From the NCBI RefSeq assembly GCF_009914755.1, contig NC_060944.1: DNA of 64,000 bases. The stretch is one strand, 5' to 3'. The notes beneath the pieces were generated by a model. It ran no database searches, was not told the origin of the DNA, and saw only the letters and a list, made by a program, of their open reading frames with translations. This document shows positions 1 through 12,800 of the stretch, in pieces; position 1 is the stretch's first letter, and every line of letters starts with the position of its first letter. The position numbers and the translations under genes are program-made. The DNA is from the human T2T-CHM13v2.0 reference genome, Homo sapiens.

Positions 1-617
1 TGTTTCAAAACTGCTCTATCAAAAGAAAGGTTCTACTCCGTCAGTTGAGGACACACATCACGAGTAAGTTTCTGACAATGCTTCTGTCTAGTTTTTATGG
101 GAAGATATGTCCTTTTTCACCTTAGGCCGGAAAGCGCTCCAAAAGTCCAGTTACAGACACTACAAAAAGAGTGTTTCAAACCTGCTCTGTGAAAGGGAAT
201 GTTCAATTCTGTGACTTGAATGCAAACATCACAAAGAAGTTGCTGAGAATGCTGCTGTCTGCTTTTTATACCTTATCCCATTTCCAACGAAATCCTCAAA
301 TCCAGCCAAATATCCACTTGCAGACTCCACAAAAAGAGTGTTTCAAAACTGTACTGTCAAAAGAAATGTTCAACTCTGTTAGTTGAGGACACACATCAGA
401 GACTAGCTTCTGAGAATGCTTCTGTCCAGTTGTTACGGGAAGATATTTCCTTTTTCAACATAGGCCTGAAACCGCTTCAAATGTCCGCTTCCAGATACTG
501 CAAAGAGAGTGTTTCAAACCTTCTCTACGAAAGGGCATGTTCTCCTCTGTGACGTCAATGCAAACATCCCAAAGAAGTTTCTGAGAATGCTTCTGTCTGG
601 ATTTTGTCTGAAGACAA

Positions 618-634
618 TCCCGTTTCCAACGAAA
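618..634 (-). promoter_or_regulatory. CENP-B box in monomer c (example; repeated in each HOR)
   Basis: tcccgtttccaacgaaa is the reverse complement of TTTCGTTGGAAACGGGA, which fits NTTCGNNNNANNCGGGN. Confidence 0.96.
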
Positions 635-955
635 TCCTCAAAGATATGCAAATATGCTCCTGCAGATTCTACAAAAAGAGTGTTTCAAAACTGCTCTATG
701 AATAGAAAGGTTCGACTCTGTTAGTAGAGGGCACACATCACAAACAAGTTGCCGAGAATGCTTCTGTCTGGTTTTTATGGGAAGATATTTCCTTTTCCAA
801 CACAAGCCTGAATGCGCTCCAAATGGACACTTCCAGATACGACAAAAGGAGTGTTTCAAACCTGTTCTGGGAAAGGGAACGTTCCATTCTGTGACTTGAA
901 TGCAAACATCACCAAGTAGTTTCTCAGAACGCTGCTGTCTGCTTTTTATATGTAT

Positions 956-972
956 TCCCGTTTCCAACGAAA
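956..972 (-). promoter_or_regulatory. CENP-B box in monomer e (example)
   Basis: Exact tcccgtttccaacgaaa, 338 bp from the previous box. Confidence 0.96.
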
Positions 973-1297
973 TCGTCAAAGCCAGCCAAATATCCACTTG
1001 CAGGTTCCACAAAAAGAGTGTTTCAAAACTGCTCTCTCAAAAGACATGTTCAACTCTGTCAGTTGAGGACACACATCACAAAGAAGTTTCTGAGAATGCT
1101 TCTGTCTAGTTTTTATGGGAAGATATTTCCTTTTTCACCATAGGCCTCAAAGCGCTCCACATGTCCACTTCCAGGGAATGGAAAAAGAGTGTTTCCAACC
1201 TGCTCTATGAAAGCCAATGTTCAACTCCGTGACTTGAATGCAACCATCACAAGGAAGTTTCTGAGAATGCTTCTGTCTAGGTTTTATATGAAGATAT

Positions 1298-1314
1298 TCC
1301 CGTTTCCAACGAAA
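1298..1314 (-). promoter_or_regulatory. CENP-B box in monomer g (example)
   Basis: Exact tcccgtttccaacgaaa, 342 bp from the previous box. Confidence 0.96.
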
Positions 1315-1634
1315 TCCTCAAAGCTATCCAAATATCCACTTGGAGATTCTGCAAAAAGAGTGTTTCAAAGCTGCTCTATCAAAAGAAAGGTTCCACTCCG
1401 TCAGTTGAGGACACACATCACGAGTAAGTTTCTGACAATGCTTCTGTCTAGTTTTTATGGGAAGATATGTCCTTTTTCACCTTAGGCCGGAAAGCGCTCC
1501 AAAGTCCAGTTACAGACACTACAAAAAGAGTGTTTCAAACCTGCTCTGTGAAAGGGAATGTTCAATTCTGTGACTTGAAGGCAAACATCACAAAGAAGTT
1601 GCTGAGAATGCTGCTGTCTGCTTTTTATACCTTA

Positions 1635-1651
1635 TCCCGTTTCCAACGAAA
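1635..1651 (-). promoter_or_regulatory. CENP-B box in monomer a (example); four boxes per 8-mer, one in every second monomer
   Basis: Exact tcccgtttccaacgaaa. The intervening monomers carry A-box-type sequence such as 'tttcctttttcaccatagg' at the same position. Confidence 0.96.
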
Positions 1652-4584
1652 CCCTCAAATCCAGCCAAATATCTACTTGCAGACTCCACAAAAAGAGTGT
1701 TTCAAAACTGTACTGTCAAAAGAAATGTTCAACTCTGTTAGTTGAGGACACACATCAGAGACTAGCTTCTGAGAATGCTTCTGTTCAGTTGTTACAGGAA
1801 GATATTTCCTTTTTCAACATAGGCCTGAAACCGATTCAAATGTCCGCTTCCAGATACTGCAAAGAGAGTGTTTCAAACCTTCTCTACGAAAGGGCATGTT
1901 CTCCTCTGTGACGTCAATGCAAACATCCCAAAGAAGTTTCTGAGAATGCTTCTGTCTGGATTTTATCTGAAGACAATCCCGTTTCCAACGAAATCCTCAA
2001 AGATATGCAAATATGATCCTGCAGATTCTACAAAAAGAGTGTTTCAAAACTGCTCTATGAATAGAAAGGTTCGACTCTGTTAGTAGAGGGCACACATCAC
2101 AAACAAGTTGCCGAGAATGCTTCTGTCTGGTTTTTATGGGAAGATATTTCCTTTTCCAACACAAGCCTAAATGCACTCCAAATGGACACTTCCAGATACG
2201 ACAAAAGGAGTGTTTCAAAGCTGTTCTATGAAAGGGAACGTTCCATTCTGTGACTTGAATGCAAACATCACCAAGTAGTTTCTCAGAACGCTGCTGTGTG
2301 CTTTTTATATGTATTCCCGTTTCCAACGAAATCGTCAAAGCCAGCCAAATATCCACTTGCAAGTTCCACAAAAAGAGTGTTTCAAACGGCTCCCTCAAAA
2401 GACATGTTCAACTCTGTCAGTTGAGGACACACATCACAAAGAAGTTTCTGAGAATGCTTCTGTCTAGTTTTTATGGGAAGATATTTCCTTTTTCACCATA
2501 GGCCTCAAAGCGCTCCAAATGTCCACTTCCAGGGAATGGAAAAAGAGTGTTTCCAACCTGCTCTATGAAAGCCAATGTTCAACTCCGTGACTTGAATGCA
2601 ACCATCACAAGGAAGTTTCTGAGAATGCTTCTGTCTAGGTTTTATATGAAGATATTCCCGTTTCCAATGAAATCCTCAAAGCTATCCAAATATCCACTTG
2701 GAGATTCTACAAAAAGAGTGTTTCAAAACTGCTCTATCAAAAGAAAGGTTCTACTCCGTCAGTTGAGGACACACATCACGAGTAAGTTTCTGACAATGCT
2801 TCTGTCTAGTTTTTATGGGAAGATATGTCCTTTTTCACCTTAGGCCGGAAAGCGCTCCAAAGTCCAGTTACAGACACTACAAAAAGAGTGTTTCAAACCT
2901 GCTCTGTGAAAGGGAATGTTCAATTCTGTGACTTGAATGCAAACATCACAAAGAAGTTGCTGAGAATGATGCTGTCTGCTTTTTATACCTTATCGCGTTT
3001 CCAACGAAATCCTCAAATCCAGCCAAATATCCACTTGCAGACTCCACAAAAAGAGTGTTTCAAAACTGTACTGTCAAAAGAAATGTTCAACTCTGTTAGT
3101 TGAGGACACACATCAGAGACTAGCTTCTGAGAATGCTTCTGTCCAGTTGTTACGGGAAGATATTTCCTTTTTCAAAATAGGCCTGAAACCGCTTCAAATG
3201 TCCGCTTCCAGATACTGCAAAGAGAGTGTTTCAAACCTTCTCTATGAAAGGGCATGTTCTCCTCTGTGACGTCAATGCAAACATCCCAAAGAAGTTTCTG
3301 AGAATGCTTCTGTCTGGATTTTATCTGAAGACAATCCCATTTCCAACGAAATCCTCAAAGATATGCAAATATGCTCCTGCAGATTCTACAAAAAGAGTTT
3401 TTCAAAACTGCTCTATGAATAGAAAGGTTCGACTCTGTTAGTAGAGGGCACACATCACAAACAAGTTGCCGAGAATGCTTCTGTCTGGTTTTTATGGGAA
3501 GATATTTCCTTTTCCAACACAAGCCTGAATGCGCTCCAAATGGACACTTCCAGATACGACAAAAGGAGTGTTTCAAACCTGTTCTGTGAAAGGGAACGTT
3601 CCATTCTGTGACTTGAATGCAAACATCACCAAGTAGTTTCTCAGAACGCTGCTGTCTGCATTTATATGTATTCCCGTTTCCAACGAAATCGTCAAAACCA
3701 GCCAAATATCCACTTGCAGGTTCCACAAAAAGAGTGTTTCAAAACTGCTTTCTCAAAAGACATGTTCAACCCTGTCAGTTGAGGACACACATCACAAACA
3801 AGTTTCTGAGAATGCTTCTGTCTAGTTTTTATGGGAAGATATTTCCTTTTTCACCATAGGCCTCAAAGCGCTCCAAATGTCCACTTCCAGGGAATGGAAA
3901 AAGAGTGTTTCCAACCTGCTCTATGAAAGCCAATGTTCGACTCCGTGACTTGAATGCAACCATCACAAGGAAGTTTCTGAGAATGCTTCTGTCTAGGTTT
4001 TATATGAAGATATTCCCGTTTCCAACGAAATCCTCAAAGCTATCCAAATATCCACTTGGAGATTCTACAAAAAGAGTGTTTCAAAACTGCTCTATCAAAC
4101 GAAAGGTTCTACTCCGTCAGTTGAGGACACACATCACGATTAAGTTTCTGACAATGCTTCTGTCTAGTTTTTATGGGAAGATATGTCCTTTTTCACCTTA
4201 GGCCGGAAAGCGCTCCAAAAGTCCAGTTACAGACACTACAAAAAGACTGTTTCAAACCTGCTCTGTGAAAGGGAATGTTCAATTCTGTGACTTGAATGCA
4301 AACATCACAAAGAAGTTGCTGAGAGTGCTGCTGTCTGCTTTTTATACCTTATCCCGTTTCCAACGAAATCCTCAAATCTAGCCAAATATCCAATTGCAGA
4401 CTCCACAAAAAGAGTGTTTCAAAACTGTACTGTCAAAAGAAATGTTCAACTCTGTTAGTTGAGGACACACATCAGAGACTAGCTTCTGAGAATGCTTCTG
4501 TCCAGTTGTTACGGGAAGATATTTCCTTTTTCAACATAGGCCTGAAACCGCTTCAAATGTCCGCTTCCAGATACTGCAGTGAGA

Positions 4585-5264
4585 GTGTGTCTAACCTTCT
4601 CTACGAAAGGGCATGTTCTCCTCTGTGACTTCAATGCAAACATCCCAAAGAAGTTTCTGAGAATGCTTCTGTCTGGATTTTATCTGAAGACAATCCCGTT
4701 TCCAACGAAATCCTCAAAGATATGCAAATATGCTCCTGCAGATTCTACAAAAAGAGTGTTTCAAAAGTGCTCTATGAATAGAAAGGTTCGACTCTGTTAG
4801 TAGAGGGCACACATCACAAACAAGTTGCCGAGAATGCTTCTGTCTGGTTTTTATGGGAAGATATTTCCTTTTCCAACACTAGCCTGAATGCGCTGGAAAT
4901 GCACACTTCCACATACGACAAAGGGAGTGTTTCAAACCTGTTCTGTGAAAGGGAACGTTCCATTCTGTGACTTGAATGCAAACATCACCAAGTAGTTTCT
5001 CAGAACGCTGCTCTCTGCTTTTTATATGTATTCCCGTTTAAAACGAAATCGTCAAAGCCAGCCAAATATCCACTTGCAGACTCCACAAAAAGAGTGTTTC
5101 AAAACTGTACTGTCAAAAGAAATGTTCAACTCTGTTAGTTGAGGACACACATCAGAGACTAGCTTCTGAGAATGCTTCTGTCCAGTTGTTACGGGAAGAT
5201 ATTTCCTTTTTCAACGTAGGCCTGAAACCGCTTCAAATGTCCGCTTCCAGATACTGCAAAGAGA
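4585..5264 (-). repeat. 4-mer structural-variant HOR (680 bp), e/a hybrid junction
   Basis: Anchor spacing is 680. At ~5050-5085, e-type 'cgtcaaagccagcc' joins a-type 'cacttgcagactcc'. Confidence 0.92.
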
Positions 5265-7975
5265 GTGTTTCAAACCTTCTCTACGAAAGGGCATGTTCTC
5301 CTCTGTGACGTCAATGCAAACATCACAAAGAAGTTTCTGAGAATGCTTCTGTCTGGATTTTGTCTGAAGACAATCCCGTTTCCAACGAAATCCTCAAAGA
5401 TATGCAAATATGCTCCTGCAGATTCTACAAAAAGAGTGTTTCAAAACTGCTCTATGAATAGAAAGGTTCGACTCTGTTAGTAGAGGGCACACATCACAAA
5501 CAACTTGCCGAGAATGCTTCTGTCTGGTTTTTATGGGAAGATATTTCCTTTTCCAACACAAGCCTGAATGCGCTCCAAATGGACACTTCCAGATACGACA
5601 AAAGGAGTGTTTCAAACCTGTTCTGGGAAAGGGAACGTTCCATTCTGTGACTTGAATGCAAACATCACCAAGTAGTTTCTCAGAACGCTGCTGTCTGCTT
5701 TTTATATGTATTCCCGTTTCCAACGAAATCGTCAAAGCTAGCCAAATATCCACTTGCAGGTTCCACAAAAAGAGTGTTTCAAAACTGCTCTCTCAAAAGA
5801 CATGTTCAACTCTGTCAGTTGAGGACACACATCACAAAGAAGTTTCTGAGAATGCTTCTGTCTAGTTTTTATGGGAAGATATTTCCTTTTTCACCATAGG
5901 CCTCAAAGCGCTCCACATGTCCACTTCCAGGGAATGGAAAAAGAGTGTTTCCAACCTGCTCTATGAAAGCCAATGTTCAACTCCGTGACTTGAATGCAAC
6001 CATCACAAGGAAGTTTCTGAGAATGCTTCTGTCTAGGTTTTATATGAAGATATTCCCGTTTCAAACGAAATCCTCAAAGCTATCCAAATATCCACTTGGA
6101 GATTCTGCAAAAAGAGTGTTTCAAAACTGCTCTATCAAAAGAAAGGTTCCACTCCGTCAGTTGAGGACACACATCACGAGTAAGTTTCTGACAATGCTTC
6201 TGTCTAGTTTTTATGGGAAGATATGTCCTTTTTCACCTTAGGCCGGAAAGCGCTCCAAAGTCCAGTTACAGTCACTACAAAAAGAGTGTTTCAAACCTGC
6301 TCTGTGAAAGGGAATGTTCAATTCTGTGACTTGAAGGCAAACATCACAAAGAAGTTGCTGAGAATGCTGCTGTCTGCTTTTTATACCTTATCCCGTTTCC
6401 AACGAAACCCTCAAATCCAGCCAAATATCCACTTGCAGACTCCACAAAAAGAGTGTTTCAAAACTGTACTGTCAAAAGAAATGTTCAACTCTGTTAGTTG
6501 AGGACACACATCAGAGACTAGCTTCTGAGAATGCTTCTGTCCAGTTGTTACAGGAAGATATTTCCTTTTTCAACATAGGCCTGAAACCGCTTCAAATGTC
6601 CGCTTCCAGATACTGCAAAGAGAGTGTTTCAAACCTTCTCTACGAAAGGGCATGTTCTCCTCTGTGACGTCAATGCAAACATCCCAAAGAAGTTTCTGAG
6701 AATGCTTCTGTCTGGATTTTATCTGAAGACAATCCCGTTTCCAACGAAATCCTCAAAGATATGCAAATATGCTCCTGCAGATTCTACAAAAAGAGTGTTT
6801 CAAAACTGCTCTATGAATAGAAAGGTTCGACTCTGTTAGTAGAGGGCACACATCACAAACAAGTTGCCGAGAATGCTTCTGTCTGGTTTTTATGGGAAGA
6901 TATTTCCTTTTCCAACACAAGCCTAAATGCACTCCAAATGGACACTTCCAGATACGACAAAAGGAGTGTTTCAAAGCTGTTCTATGAAAGGGAACGTTCC
7001 ATTCTGTGACTTGAATGCAAACATCACCAAGTAGTTTCTCAGAACGCTGCTGTGTGTTTTTATATGTATTCCCGTTTCCAACGAAATCGTCAAAGCCAGC
7101 CAAATATCCACTTGCAAGTTCCACAAAAAGAGTGTTTCAAACGGCTCTCTCAAAAGACATGTTCAACTCTGTCAGTTGAGGACACACATCACAAAGAAGT
7201 TTCTGAGAATGCTTCTGTCTAGTTTTTATGGGAAGATATGTCCTTTTTCACCATAGGCCTCAAAGCGCTCCAAATGTCCACTTCCAGGGAATGGAAAAAG
7301 AGTGTTTCCAACCTGCTCTATGAAAGCCAATGTTCAACTCCGTGACTTGAATGCAACCATCACAAGGAAGTTTCTGAGAATGCTTCTGTCTAGGTTTTAT
7401 ATGAAGATATTCCCGTTTCCAACGAAATCCTCAAAGCTATCCAAATATCCACTTGGAGATTCTACAAAAAGAGTGTTTCAAAACTGCTCTATCAAAAGAA
7501 AGGTTCTACTCCGTCAGTTGAGGACACACATCACGAGTAAGTTTCTGACAATGCTTCTGTCTAGTTTTTATGGGAAGATATGTCCTTTTTCACCTTAGGC
7601 CGGAAAGCGCTCCAAAAGTCCAGTTACTACAAAAAGAGTGTTTCAAACCTGCTCTGTGAAAGGGAATGTTCAATTCTGTGACTTGAATGCAAACATCACA
7701 AAGAAGTTGCTGAGAATGCTGCTGTCTGCTTTTTATACCTTATCCCGTTTCCAACGAAATCCTCAAATCCAGCCAAATATCCACTTGCAGACTCCACAAA
7801 AAGAGTGTTTCAAAACTCTACTGTCAAAAGAAATGTTCAACTCTGTTAGTTGAGGACACACATCAGAGACTAGCTTCTGAGAATGCTTCTGTCCAGTTGT
7901 TACGTGAAGATATTTCCTTTTTCAAAATAGGCCTGTAACCGCTTGAAATGTCCGCTTCCAGATACTGCAAAGAGA

Positions 7976-9163
7976 GTGTTTCAAACCTTCTCTACGAAAG
8001 GGCATGTTCTCCTCTGTGACGTCAATGCAAACATCCCAAAGACGTTTCTGAGAATGCTTCTGTCTGGATTTTATCTGAAGACAATCCCGTTTCCAACGAA
8101 ATCCTCAAAGATATGCAAATATGCTCCTGCAGATTCTACAAAAAGAGTGTTTCAAAACTGCTCTATGAATAGAAAGGTTCGACTCTCTTAGTAGAGGGCA
8201 CACATCACAAACAAGTTGCCGAGAATGCTTCTGTCTGGTTTTTATGGGAAGATATTTCCTTTTCTAACACAAGCCTGAATGCGCTCCATATGTACACTTC
8301 CAGATACTACAAAAGGAGTGTTTCAAACCTGTTCTATGAAAGGGAACGTTCCATTCTGTGACTTGAATGCAAACATCACCAAGTAGTTTCTCAGAACGCT
8401 GCTGTCTGCATTTATATGTATTCCCGTTTCCAACGAAATCGTCAAAGCCAGCCAAATATCCACTTGCAGGTTCCACAAAAAGAGTGTTTCAAAACTGCTC
8501 TCTCAAAAGACATGTTCAACTCTGTCAGTTGAGGACACACATCACAAAGAAGTTTCTGAGAATGCTTCTGTCTAGTTTTTATATGAAGATATTCCCGTTT
8601 CCAACGAAATCCTCAAAGCTATACAAATATCCACTTGGACATTCTACAAAAAGAGTGTTTCAAAACTGCTCTATCAAAAGAAAGTTTCTACTCCGTCAGT
8701 TGAGGACACACATCACGATTAAGTTTCTGAGAATTCTTCTGTCTAGTTTTTATGGGAAGATATGTCCTTTTTCACCTTAGGCCGGAAAGCGCTCCCAAAG
8801 TCCAGTTACAGACACTACAAAAAGAGTGTTTCAAACCTGCTCTGTGAAAGGGAATGTTCAATTCTGTGACTTCAATGTAAACAACACAAAGGAGTTGCTG
8901 AGAATGCTGCTGTCTGCTTTTTATACCTTATCCCGTTTCCAACGAAATCCTCAAATCTAGCCAATTATCCACTTGCAGACTCCACAAAAAGAGTGTTTCA
9001 AAACTATACTCTCCAAAGAAATGTTCAACTCTGTTAGTTGAGGACACACATCAGAGACTAGCTTCTGAGAATGCTTCTGTCCAGTTGTTACGGGAAGATA
9101 TTTCCTTTCTCAACATAGGCCTGAAACCGCTTCAAATGTCCACTTCCAGATACTGCAAAGAGA
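7976..9163 (-). repeat. 7-mer structural-variant HOR (1188 bp), f/g hybrid monomer
   Basis: Anchor spacing is 1188. At ~8550-8590, f sequence runs directly into 'tatatgaagatattcccg' of g. Confidence 0.92.
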
Positions 9164-9843
9164 GTGTTTCAAACCTTCTCTACGAAAGGGCATGTTCTCC
9201 TCTGTGACGTCAATGCAAACATCCCAAAGAAGTTTCTGAGAATGCTTCTGTCTGGATTTTATCTGAAGACAATCCCGTTTCCAACGAAATCCTCAAAGAT
9301 ATGCAAATATGCTCCTGCAGATTCTACAAAAAGAGTGTTTCAAAAGTGCTCTATGAATAGAAAGGTTCGACTCTGTTAGTAGAGGGCACACATCACAAAC
9401 AAGTTGCCGAGAATGCTTCTGTCTGGTTTTTATGGGAAGATATTTCCTTTTCCAACACTAGCCTGAATGCGCTGGAAATGCACACTTCCACATACGACAA
9501 AGGGAGTGTTTCAAACCTGTTCTGTGAAAGGGAACGTTCCATTCTGTGACTTGAATGCAAACATCACCAAGTAGTTTCTCAGAACGCTGCTCTCTGCTTT
9601 TTATATGTATTCCCGTTTAAAACGAAATCGTCAAAGCCAGCCAAATATCCACTTGCAGACTCCACAAAAAGAGTGTTTCAAAACTGTACTGTCAAAAGAA
9701 ATGTTCAACTCTGTTAGTTGAGGACACACATCAGAGACTAGCTTCTGAGAATGCTTCTGTCCAGTTGTTACGGGAAGATATTTCCTTTTTCAACATAGGC
9801 CTGAAACCGCTTCAAATGTCCGCTTCCAGATACTGCAAAGAGA
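9164..9843 (-). repeat. Second 4-mer variant HOR (680 bp)
   Basis: Same junction and the same private SNVs as the first copy ('cactagcc', 'gctggaaatgcac', 'cgtttaaaacg'). Confidence 0.92.
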
Positions 9844-12800
9844 GTGTTTCAAACCTTCTCTACGAAAGGGCATGTTCTCCTCTGTGACGTCAATGCAAAC
9901 ATCACAAAGAAGTTTCTGAGAATGCTTCTGTCTGGATTTTGTCTGAAGACAATCCCGTTTCCAACGAAATCCTCAAAGATATGCAAATATGCTCCTGCAG
10001 ATTCTACAAAAAGAGTGTTTCAAAACTGCTCTATGAATAGAAAGGTTCGACTCTGTTAGTAGAGGGCACACATCACAAACAACTTGCCGAGAATGCTTCT
10101 GTCTGGTTTTTATGGGAAGATATTTCCTTTTCCAACACAAGCCTGAATGCGCTCCAAATGGACACTTCCAGATACGACAAAAGGAGTGTTTCAAACCTGT
10201 TCTGGGAAAGGGAACGTTCCATTCTGTGACTTGAATGCAAACATCACCAAGTAGTTTCTCAGAACGCTGCTGTCTGCTTTTTATATGCATTCCCGTTTCC
10301 AACGAAATCGTCAAAGCCAGCCAAATATCCACTTGCAGGTTCCACAAAAAGAGTGTTTCAAATCTGCTCTCTCAAAAGACATGTTCAACTCTGTCAGTTG
10401 AGGACACACATCACAAAGAAGTTTCTGAGAATGCTTCTGTCTAGTTTTTATGGGAAGATATTTCCTTTTTCACCATAGGCCTCAAAGCGCTCCACATGTC
10501 CACTTCCAGGGAATGGAAAAAGAGTGTTTCCAACCTGCTCTATGAAAGCCAATGTTCAACTCCGTGACTTGAATGCAACCATCACAAGGAAGTTTCTGAG
10601 AATGCTTCTGTCTAGGTTTTATATGAAGATATTCCCGTTTCAAACGAAATCCTCAAAGCTATCCAAATATCCACTTGGAGATTCTGCAAAAAGAGTGTTT
10701 CAAAACTGCTCTATCAAAAGAAAGGTTCCACTCCGTCAGTTGAGGACACACATCACGAATAAGTTTCTGACAATGCTTCTGTCTAGTTTTTATGGGAAGA
10801 TATGTACTTTTTCACCTTAGGCCGGAAAGCGCTCCAAAGTCCAGTTACAGACACTACAAAAAGAGTGTTTCAAACCTGCTCTGTGAAAGGGAATGTTCAA
10901 TTCTGTGACTTGAAGGCAAACATCACAAAGAAGTTGCTGAGAATGCTGCTGTCTGCTTTTTATACCTTATCCCGTTTCCAACGAAACCCTCAAATCCAGC
11001 CAAATTTCTACTTGCAGACTCCACAAAAAGAGTGTTTCAAAACTGTACTGTCAAAAGAAATGTTCAACTCTGTTAGTTGAGGACACACATCAGAGACTAG
11101 CTTCTGAGAATGCTTCTGTCCAGTTGTTACAGGAAGATATTTCCTTTTTCAACATAGGCCTGAAACCGCTTCAAATGTCCGCTTCCAGATACTGCAAAGA
11201 GAGTGTTTCAAACCTTCTCTACGAAAGGGCATGTTCTCCTCTGTGACGTCAATGCAAACATCCCAAAGAAGTTTCTGAGAATGCTTCTGTCTGGATTTTA
11301 TCTGAAGACAATCCCGTTTCCAACGAAATCCTCAAAGCTATGCAAATATGCTCCTGTAGATTCTACAAAAAGAGTGTTTCAAAACTGCTCTATGAATAGA
11401 AAGGTTCGACTCTGTTAGTAGAGGGCACACATCACAAACAAGTTGCCGAGAATGCTTCTGTCTGGTTTTTATGGGAAGATATTTCCTTTTCCAACACAAG
11501 CCTAAATGCACTCCAAATGGACACTTCCAGACACGACAAAAGGAGTGTTTCAAAGCTGTTCTATGAAAGGGAACGTTCCATTCTGTGACTTGAATGCAAA
11601 CATCACCAAGTAGTTTCTCAGAACGCTGCTGTGTGTTTTTATATGTATTCCCGTTTCCAACGAAATCGTCAAAGCCAGCCAAATATCCACTTGCAAGTTC
11701 CACAAAAAGAGTGTTTCAAACGGCTCTCTCAAAAGACATGTTCAACTCTGTCAGTTGAGGACACACATCACAAAGAAGTTTCTGAGAATGCTTCTGTCTA
11801 GTTTTTATGGGAAGATATGTCCTTTTTCACCATAGGCCTAAAAGCGCTCCAAATGTCCACTTCCAGGGAATGGAAAAAGAGTGTTTCCAACCTGCTCTAT
11901 GAAAGCCAATGTTCAACTCCGTGACTTGAATGCAACCATCAAAAGGAAGTTTCTGAGAATGCTTCTGTCTAGGTTTTATATGAAGATATTCCCGTTTCCA
12001 ACGAAATCCTCAAAGCTATCCAAATATCCACTTGGAGATTCTACAAAAAGAGTGTTTCAAAACTGCTCTATCAAAAGAAAGGTTCTACTCCGTCAGTTGA
12101 GGACACACATCACGAGTAAGTTTCTGACAATGCTTCTGTCTAGTTTTTATGGGAAGATATGTCCTTTTTCACCTTAGGCCGGAAAGCGCTCCAAAAGTCC
12201 AGTTACTACAAAAAGAGTGTTTCAAACCTGCTCTGTGAAAGGGAATGTTCAATTCTGTGACTTGAATGCAAACATCACAAAGAAGTTGCTGAGAATGCTG
12301 CTGTCTGCTTTTTATACCTTATCCCGTTTCCAACGAAATCCTCAAATCCAGCCAAATATCCACTTGCAGACTCCACAAAAAGAGTGTTTCAAAACTGTAC
12401 TGTCAAAAGAAATGTTCAACTCTGTTAGTTGAGGACACACATGAGAGACTAGCTTCTGAGAATTCTTCTGTCCAGTTGTTACTGGAAGATATTTCCTTTT
12501 TCAACATAGGCCTGAAACCGCTTCAAATGTCCACTTCCAGATATTGCAAAGAGAGTGTTTCAAACCTTCTCTACGAAAGGGCATGTTCTCCTCTGTGACG
12601 TCAATGCAAACATCCCAAAGAAGTTTCTGAGAATGCTTCTGTCTGGATTTTATCTGAAGACAATCCCGTTTCAAATGAAATCCTCAAAGATATGCAAATA
12701 TGCTCCTGCAGATTCTACAAAAAGAGTGTTTCAAAACTGTTCTAGGAAAAGAAAGGTTCGACTCTGTTAGTAGAGGGCACACATCACAAACAATTTGCCG

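Larger units (their letters stand above)
509..1867 (-). repeat. Representative canonical 8-monomer HOR unit (1358-1361 bp), SF2-like dimeric A/B organisation; ~47 HOR units in the window
   Basis: The anchor 'gtgtttcaaaccttctctacgaaagggcatg' recurs at 509, 1868, 3226 ... 61824, 63182 with a ~1359-bp period. The box context GGATAGCTTTGAGGATTTCGTTGGAAACGGG matches the SF2 D1-type monomer as I recall it, not SF1 (GACCTCTTTGAGGCCTTCG). The chromosome and species cannot be assigned without a search. Confidence 0.93.

Noticed and set aside
408-416. Dyad 'ttctgagaa' (TTC-N3-GAA, STAT-like) in most monomers
   Set aside because: It is a generic part of the alphoid consensus, and nothing here indicates a specific function.
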